Shown here piece after piece: positions 38,201 through 46,453 of a stretch of DNA of 46,453 nt. The number at the start of each line of letters is the position of its first letter. Position 1 is the first letter of the stretch. The stretch spans positions 1 through 46,453 of the forward strand of contig NW_024705416.1 of NCBI RefSeq assembly GCF_018977255.1, written 5' to 3'. The DNA comes from Callorhinchus milii (taxonomy: Eukaryota). The notes beneath the pieces were generated by a model. It was not told where the DNA came from. It ran no database searches and saw only the letters and a list, made by a program, of their open reading frames with translations. Both the position numbers and the translations under genes were made by a program.

Positions 38201-41200
38201 AATACCCAAAGGCCGACGTTCGATAGAACCGGGCACATGCGATAACATCGGTATCGGCGTAAGTAGCCGTCTTCAGAACGGAAGCCTGATACTTGCGTTT
38301 GACGATCTACTCTTGCCATCAGCGAGTGTGTGGTTTCAACGTGTCATAGGCCGTAACCCGTTGTACCAGAATTGCGTACATTAAATTGTGGTCTGACCAC
38401 CAGCCGTAGGCCAACCACGTTTGCTAATGAGCCAACTTACGCCGGTCACAGAGTAAGAGCAACCCAAGCGTCTGGCTTGGTCACTAGTCATATATGGCTC
38501 TTAACACGATATAGGGCGCGGGGGGCTTCCGAGCGGTAGTGGTACATAGGAATGTTGGCAGTGAAACATCTGGTTCCTCGCGATCTAAGCCGGTGGAACA
38601 TGCTTATTTTCCGGTTCGCAAGAACAATAGTCGCAACATAGTAGGCCACTGGCGACTCTTCAGTTGGAGGTCGAATCAGCGTTCTGTGCTGGTGATAAGT
38701 AGCGTGCGCCTAACGACCAACTTGACCCGTTCGGGGAGGCAACTTGGCAAGGACTTTGTTGCTCAGCATAAGTACTACATACAAGAGCGCCGTCCACCTC
38801 CCTCTTATCGGGCTCCCCGCGATTCCAAGTGATTTGCCTTCAGTTGAGATCGCCGCTGATGCGAAGTAAAAATCCAATATTATTGCTGTTGGGGCAGGGA
38901 TTTGAGAACGTTAGATCATTCTAATCTAACCTCCTCGTCGTATCTACACATAGGTCGTTGGAACAGCCACTCCCAGCATACCCAGCTAACGGGGAGAGAT
39001 GGCATTTGACAAAGGCCGAGTCCTGCATTGAGCGCTAAATTTGTTTACATGGGCCACTGAAACGGGGATGGCCCCAACGTAAGCGCTGGCAATTCTTTTG
39101 CGAGTTCAGACCTGTCCCAATCCCGTAATTAGTTGGTCCGATCCTAGCTACTCCTTTACGGTCCTATAGGCTCAGACTTATCCGTGAGTCTAAGACCACG
39201 TCGAAATGGTGATCATGCATATCAATCGGATGTCGAGGTTGTGGAGCACGCCGCCCCGATATCAACATATTGGAGTTGCCGGCTTAATAAGCTTCTCTTC
39301 TATTCGAAAATACCTGCACCGACTATAGCGTATTTCCATATCGTGCTGATCCCGGCGTCCCACAACGACTCCCTTTGCCCGTGCCGTTCGTTACGGCCTC
39401 GAAGCGCATACTGGCAGTACTAAGGTAACCGAGACAAGAAGACGTTTACGGAACTTGGCCCTTCATCAACCGTCTATCCTAGTTTACAAGCTCCATCTAT
39501 GATTAGGGGAGGTCAATTCAATAAGCCATCCGGTCGAGTTGCCGTTCAGCTACAGATCCCCAGTGCACTATCGAACGCTAGTTTTGAGAGGTTGCTACCA
39601 AGGTATACCCGCAAATCGAACTAAACTCCAGCCCTCGATGCAGATACTGCCATAGCGTGACGTAAGTAGGATGTCGGGCTTTGCTTTACTACGGGAGCCA
39701 CTGCCATCCTGACGAATGTTTCACCTAGCACGCGTTGACATAGCTGGACAGACTGTCTCCTGCTTTTACCCTCTTACTACGTCCGTTGCAATCATCTCAC
39801 GAGTCAGAGCCGCTAGTGCCGACCCTACAAGTGCATCAACGATACACGTCGTTGACCCAACTTCCCTGTGCTATATACTAAATGATTGAGCTTTCGCGAC
39901 GCTGGCTTGAGACCAGACATGACGACGCTGAGGGGGGCCACCACGGTTAGAGAGATCAGTTGTATCGCAGCAACATCTTATAAAGAACTAACCTTTGAGT
40001 GTTGCTGCATAAACACCCCAAAGCGGACGCGCCCATGCTGGCATCGTTACTCATGAGGGCACGTACATGCCCGCTAAGGCGGTCTTCGTGCCAAGGCATG
40101 GGGCAGAATAGACGTATACGAATGTAACGATCAATTCACTCAGAAGGGCATCAAGGGAAATACTCATGCATCCACTGGTTGTCGCCTCGAGTGTACAGCA
40201 CGGCCACCTTTTCCTTTAATTAAACTTACGTCGGTCACGCATTCTGGAACTGGGATTTGTGGTTGAGGGGTCAAGCGGAGCACGTCAGCGGGCTGATATA
40301 GGACGGAGCCAGCCCCTATACCGGATGCACGCGTTAAGAGTCGGCTCTATAATACGATGAAGCAAACGGGAGGCCCAATTCCGACATCGGGCATCCCACA
40401 TGGTCCATCGCCAGTGTTGAGTCATCTCTTTTCTCGAGGTACTGGAATTAACGCGAGAGGAGTGGTTACAAACGATATGCTAAAATAATTCGTCATTCTT
40501 CTAATAACCACGCCTTCGTCAGCAAAAATGAGAAAGAGCCCGACTCACATTCACAGGTGAGGGACACACATAACAGTCAGTGCACTAGACAGGTGGGGAT
40601 CTGGCGAACACCAGAGAACAGCAAATCGTAGCCCAGGCCCTTGGCTGGATTAGAAACCGACCATCCAGGGTCTCGCCTTCAGTGGGGCGGTAATACGCGA
40701 CATAAAGTTTGGCCCTAGGTTTATCTAGATTTTATAGCTCTATAAGAGTCTCCAGGAATTAACTATAAGTACGGCGTGTTAGATTTTCGTATCGTCAGAG
40801 TGGTGCAGCCTGGGTATATGATAATCTGCCTTGTAACCAGGTAACGTGTGCGAATTGACTATAAAAGTGACGTTAGGGAGTCCCTTTCCTTAACCGTACA
40901 AAACAACCAAACCGCCCGGTATAGAATGACCTTAGAGTGATGTCCGTAACTAATCTTGTTGTTAACGCCCGGGCATTGACGCACGATAATTGACGCCTGC
41001 CTTATAGCATCTCAAGTGGCAACAACCGCCCACATGCATAGGCGAAAGAGGTTATGGTGGGTAGCCCACGCTACTTGTCTCCCCTCTCCCCCCCAAGACT
41101 GCGCGCTGCCTTGTGGAGTGGCCGGCAGTGCTACCTCAGGGATCGGCAGCTGCCATTGTACACAAGCCAGCGCCCAAGTCAATAGGGGCGAATCTAGCTC

Positions 41201-42902
41201 GAACAAGGAGGGAACCGAGTGGAGCGCGGAGTTTATGTCTGGGTCTTTCTAGCGAAATTACTCCTTACACAGAAAGCGTAACCTATGCACGCAGATGCAC
41301 CATTCGACGAAGTGGACCTACCCATCAGACTCGTTGTTTAGCGGTGAATGGGGTGAGCAGACCATGAGAACAGGGAACATCGAAGATCATGCTAATAGGG
41401 AGTCGGCGTCCGTACCCATCGGTTACACGTACTCGCTGTTTAAGCCGAGTTTGATCTGCAACACATTCTAACAAGAAAGACCGACATTACAGAAATACGA
41501 ATGACTGGTTATCCGAGCTTTTATGCCCATACATAGTCGTCAACAACGGTCGTGATTTCTAGATAAACTCTTTAGTATGGTCTAAATTGCGCTCAGTTGC
41601 AACGGAATGATCTATGAAGATAGTTGACAGGGGTGAGGACGTCGGCTACGCCCCCTTGTCGGTGAGTACGCGAGCGGTCCTATGATAAGTACGACACGCA
41701 TGGGCGCGCAAGCACCGTGCATGACCTCGGGCTCGTGCGGGACGCCCCTAGCAAGGGGAGCTGTAATACGTCCTGTTTCAGTAGGGTGCGACGGAATCAA
41801 ACAAAACGGCAAATTCACGCTGTTAGGATAAACCGCGTCAATGAGCTGAACTCACTCACCTCGCGACCAATCTGTCCAGCGAAGGTGTTCCGACCCCCAT
41901 TGCAGAGCGATGTAACCGGAGATGTAAATTCACCCCCGCAAGCATTAAATTTCGATCTTCAAGTAGCGTTTGCGACGTGGGACATCATAGCTGAGGCGAG
42001 CTTTCTAGGTGGTGGACGTGTTTAAGTAGATGGGGTTATAAAACTGTATCATCATTGACGTACAATATCAGAAGAACTAAGTGAAGGATTGCGTGGCCCT
42101 TCTGAACTAATGGCTCTCTAACAGCGTACTGTTGATGATGTACCAAGCGTAGCCATCGTAGAACGCGGTACGTTTACTATATCAGATTTACGCACAAGAT
42201 CTAGCGAACTGCGCCTGCTGAGAGATCCGAGCGGGTTATGACACCGTGGTTTGCTGTGATACCAACCACTCGCTGGTAATTAATATGACGGCGCCTCTTT
42301 TGGTCTGTTCACTAGCAGGATCCATAGGGCACATACGAGGCCTGGGTGGATGCAAACCCCCCAATTGTAATACGAGTTCACCCCGTCCCGCAACAGTCGA
42401 AAGAGCCCAGGAAGATCATCGCTCAAGGACTGGACAGCTTGGGAAAGCGTCGGGTGGTTTACATCCATGAGTGTTACAGGGTAAGTAAACGTACGACCTC
42501 CGTAAGTAAGGAAGCCCCTGCATTCCCAGGTGCATGGAAATCACCGTGCCAAGTGGACGTCTGGTCACAACGAAGCTCAAGAAGTGCGTGCTATTAGGAC
42601 AGTCGCGTAAGGAAATCGCCCAGTATTTTTTCGGGTGGATAGGTTACGCTGAGCGTTTTATTCAGGAACCTGGTATAGGTGAACAGTCTCGATCCGGTGT
42701 CGATCCGTGTATCTGGTTCTTGAACGCCGAACGATACCGATGGTCGAGCAGAGACTACGCAATGCCAGTTCAGGAGGCGGCCCGAACTAGATGTACGCAG
42801 CCCCGTTAATTTCACTCAACAAAAGCTAGCGATATTCGATCAAGTTCTAAAACTTTTTAGCGTGCAGATTGGGCGGGTTTAAGGTGCCTAACGCGGCTTA
42901 TC
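23247..42902. other. Featureless, apparently random or shuffled sequence block; probably not native genomic DNA
   Basis: Roughly even base use, no repeats or microsatellites seen, longest ORF 121 aa with no recognisable motif, CTAG not depleted, abrupt ends at the N gap and in the middle of an otherwise exact repeat. Confidence 0.85.
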
Positions 42903-43162
42903 GCAGTGCGTGCTGGAATATCACAGTGTAGTTCAAGTCTTACAAAAGTCTGGATGAGCTCCATGCCGCACGGAAACACTTTTTCATTCCGTCTTATCTG
43001 GGTCGGCCGTGTTGTGTAACGGTGCGGTAATTTCCTCTGGGCACTTCTTTCTGCAGCAGCAAGTCTGCGTGGGTTGTGGGTCCAGAGATTGTGAAGCAAA
43101 ATACGAAGGCGCATAATGATGGGTGGTTTGGTGGCAGCTGAGCAGGGAAAGAAGAAAAACAA
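42903..43162 (-). repeat. Left arm of 260-bp inverted duplication (cut by the random block)
   Basis: Reverse complement of 45313-45572; the ORF track gives identical translations in two frames. Confidence 0.95.
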
Positions 43163-43559
43163 TGAGAAATGTTTTGGAAACAGATATGATCCTGCAAGGG
43201 GTATAAGCTTTGTCTAGCGCTCAATAATAAAGGAATGTTTTAATTTAAGGTGAGGAGGCATTGCGTCCTACCGGATGAACGGTATTCCGTTTGGATATCA
43301 GGCAGCCTTCTATACTTTTCTCGTCTCATTTCTGTCGTAACTCAAGAGGAGGCCACGCACTGACACGTCACTGCGGATATGGGCCCCGCTGTTGAAGTGG
43401 ACATGATGTCTGCAAAGCGAGCTGAGAGAAGATGTTGGGCACATCTATCGCCGAGGCATTTACCAGTTTCCCCGATGCAGTGAAGGACACAGCGTCGGCG
43501 TGCTATGCAATAAGTCAGTGGTGGCAGTGCATGTAAACCTATTGACAGTCACTGCATAG

Positions 43560-43735
43560 CACGCTTTCAGATGCGCTTCTGCGGCCATCTGGAACGCACT
43601 TCCTTCCGATATTTGGAAGCCACTGGAGCCATACACTTTTAAATCTAGATTGAAAACTAATTTCTTTAACCCTGCTTCCGCCACACCTCCAAGTAGCACG
43701 ATTGGGTACGTACGGTGTGAAATAAGTTCCACATA
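43560..43735 (+). mobile_element. L2/CR1-group LINE remnant: ORF2 C-terminus and 3' tail
   Basis: Translation HAFRCASAAIWNALPSDIWKPLEPYTFKSRLKTNFF fits the L2-type motif RAFS.A...WN.LP..I.......FK..LKT.LF; tail continues as catacatac after 44028. Confidence 0.75.
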
Positions 43736-44019
43736 TCTTCTTGGTTCTTTCAGTAAAGTCACGTAGAAGGGAAGTAATAAAATAATACAAATAAAACATA
43801 CTAAAATAATTCTCACGACGTTTCGGCCACAACGCAAGCAGCCGTCCTCAGGTAAGAAGCACATCCTCAGGTGAGGACGGCTGCTTGCGTTGTGGCCGAA
43901 ACGTCGTGAGAATTATTTTATTATGTTTTATTTTTATTATTTTATTACTTCCCTTCTACGTGACTTTACCGAAAGAACCAAGAAGATGAATCCCTGCAGT
44001 CACAAAAGCTTTAAATCGA
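43736..44019. mobile_element. Penelope-like element (subfamily B), head-to-head palindrome
   Basis: Tailless minus arm 43736-43858, plus arm from 43872 with tail gaatccctgcagtcacaaaagctttaaatc; flanking repeat aaSttccacata at 43724-43735 and 44020-44031. Confidence 0.88.
43810..43858 (-). ncRNA. Minimal type I hammerhead ribozyme
   Basis: Minus strand UUCUUAC-CUGAGGA-C-GGCUGC-UUGCGUU-GUGGCC-GAAA-CG-UC-GUGAGAA; predicted cleavage between 43817 and 43816. Confidence 0.85.
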
Positions 44020-45312
44020 AACTTCCACATACATACATGCTGTACATACGTGCGTCACAAATTATATTCTGGGTGTTTTGCTCCATGCATCAATTGATGT
44101 GAGGATACCCGATATGAATCTCATCCCTTGGCATGGGGAGGTGCCTATGTAAGTGGCCTTCCTGGTGCTTCACATATAGCCGTGTGCTTACCGGCAGATC
44201 CCCGAAGTTTGTGTTTCTGTGGAGTTCACAAAGAGGTGGTTCCTTGAAACATGTTGGCAGTATAATTTGTATCACTCCTTAGGTTGTGAAATTTATTCGT
44301 GATTATTGTTTTTCTAGCCAGGCTGGATGGGTGATATGTTAGGACGGTTGGCACACTGCCCTGGGTCTCTCTTTTGACCGGTTTCATTGCCGCTTCACGG
44401 CCGTATCAGACAGTCCTTCAACCTGTGCCAGAGGTATCAACAAAGATTGCTATTAACTTCAGAAGTTTGTGGCAGGAAATATGGGGAGAGCTGAACTATG
44501 CCAGTAAGATTAAAGACGGTTGAGAATGTGTTTAGGGAAGAGTGCTGCATTGTTCCAGAGAACATGAGCCTTGCTCATCTCTGTTGGCAGCCCTGAACCA
44601 TCATTGTGAAGAAAAAATTTTCAAATAACAATAACAATGCCATATGCATTGTTTCCGCAGAATTTTTCAACAAAGCGCTTGCCCTTGGAATCACGTGATT
44701 CTCGATAACAGTGGTAGCGCTCACACCATGTGCACACGGAGCAGTTTGTCCGTAAGCCGCAGTGAAGCATTGGGGCTCAGATAGAAGCTCTGCAATGGGG
44801 ATCGGATAGTGACTCTGCCATAGAGGATGCAGGAGATGTTTTGTTCAATGTGGCCACAACACAGCCTCATACTCACGTTGTGTCAACATTGGTTCATCTT
44901 TCAAAGAGTTATTGTGCCCTCGATACAGACAGACCTAATGTTTTAAACTGTAGTCATAGAGCATTATCAACAGTTTTTTTCTTTTTAGGACTACCACCGT
45001 TGAAATTCTTATAGACCGGTACCCATTTTATTCACCGTGGAGAGGTAATCAGCTGAGTCGGCCACCAACTGGGATATGATTGTGAGCCAAGCGATTTAAG
45101 CACAGCACCCACCCAGCTTGATATAGGTCTATATTGCATTACAAAGCTGCTCAACGCTCCATTTATGCATCCAAGTTACTGACCCTGAGGCCCATTGCAA
45201 TGCCCTTTGTCCCCATTGTCAGGGACGGGGGAATAGGGTGAGCTTCCAATTCAAGTTGACAGTAACCACGGCTCCCTGGTTTTAAAAGAAAAAAGATGTC
45301 TTCAAAGAAAGC

Positions 45313-45572
45313 TTGTTTTTCTTCTTTCCCTGCTCAGCTGCCACCAAACCACCCATCATTATGCGCCTTCGTATTTTGCTTCACAATCTCTGGACCCACA
45401 ACCCACGCAGACTTGCTGCTGCAGAAAGAAGTGCCCAGAGGAAATTACCGCACCGTTACACAACACGGCCGACCCAGATAAGACGGAATGAAAAAGTGTT
45501 TCCGTGCGGCATGGAGCTCATCCAGACTTTTGTAAGACTTGAACTACACTGTGATATTCCAGCACGCACTGC
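45313..45572 (+). repeat. Right arm of inverted duplication, containing an exon-like cassette 45338-45531
   Basis: Exact reverse complement of 42903-43162; acceptor ttgtttttcttctttccctgctcag and donor gtaaga at 45532. Confidence 0.9.
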
Positions 45573-46099
45573 ACTCACAGAGAAGCCAAGAGTCAAGCGC
45601 CCAGGCCAGTACTTTCCGTTCCTGTGATAGGATTACACAAAGCTTAACGACGTGCAATGTTACCAGGGAATGACAAAAAAAAATTAGCAAAGGCGAGAAA
45701 AGAAAGGTTGTCCCAGCTTCAAAGGTATTTCAACACTGCTAAGAAAAGTTAGCGAGACATTTGGGATCTTAACGTATGTTTTAACAACTTTGGCACTTTT
45801 TTGTTAAATGGATGAACAGGAGGATTCAAAATTCATCATAACCAAGCTCAAGCCAATTAACATTAAATACATATTTAAATACTTGGGACATGTACGGAGA
45901 TTGAAACTCAAGAACCCCTTGCCTTCAGAGAAAACATGAATTTACCCTGCTCATGATCCACTCTAAAAACCTGTGTTCACGAAAACACCCAACTCTGCAG
46001 ACATTCATTGATAGCCCTTGCAGTGAAATGCTTAACAGTGAACAACAACAGCGAGACAGACATTTATACCTGTGCAATGACAATAGAGCCTGCATGCTG

Positions 46100-46453
46100 T
46101 GTGAGGGGACTAATGGCCAAGGGAGGTAATGACAGGGGAGTCAGCCTGCAGTGCGAGTGCACTAGTGGCCACGGGAGGTAATGACAGGGGCATCAGTTGT
46201 GAGTGCGAAGGGAATGGTGGCTACGGGAATGATCGAAATGGGAGCGTGGTCAGGTCAGGCAAGAGGACGGTGGAGTCTGCCGGTGGAGCGAGCATCCAGA
46301 GTCAGCGAGAATGATCGAGAAGGGGGGCGTGGCCTCGTGTTGGTATATAAAAGTGAGATGCGCGCGAGACTCGGGGCTGTTGCAGTGGGGATCTCCGCCT
46401 GATGTCAAGTGAACGCATCTTCAATAAAGTGTCAAGTCGTTATTGCACTGAAC
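46100..46453 (+). mobile_element. Probable LTR running off the window end
   Basis: Starts TGT; 52-bp-period internal duplication (46109-46138 and 46161-46190); GC box 46324-46333; TATATAAAAG 46344-46353; AATAAA 46423-46428, in U3-R order. Confidence 0.55.

Noticed and set aside
23247..42902. About 90 short ORFs and the idea of an endogenous virus or Maverick/Polinton
   Set aside because: ORF lengths are as expected for random DNA; no polymerase, capsid, integrase or other motif; no terminal repeats.
1..46453. CRISPR array, tRNA genes or prokaryotic operon
   Set aside because: No repeat-spacer array; tRNA-like segments are SINE heads without a full cloverleaf; context is eukaryotic intron.

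Overview
Eukaryotic genomic DNA, most likely a jawless vertebrate such as lamprey (inferred from the extremely GC3-rich exon, a V-SINE and hammerhead-bearing repeats; not provable from this window). Three parts. (1) 1-23216 is natural sequence: one coding exon of a group III metabotropic glutamate receptor (223-438, + strand), then what reads as a long repeat-rich intron; the next expected exon (GVCIAQS...) was not found. (2) A 30-N gap is followed by about 19.7 kb (23247-42902) that looks statistically random or shuffled: no repeats, no microsatellites, no credible ORF, no CTAG depletion. I make no biological calls inside it. (3) 42903-46453 is natural again: an exact 260-bp inverted duplication, an L2-like LINE end and a probable LTR. 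The most interesting real biology is a family of short non-autonomous Penelope-like elements carrying minimal type I hammerhead ribozymes (7 loci, 3 with intact cores and covarying helices), mostly inserted as asymmetric head-to-head palindromes with 10-13 bp target-site duplications. The receptor exon also has Ala in place of the conserved glutamate-binding Thr and is 1 nt short.
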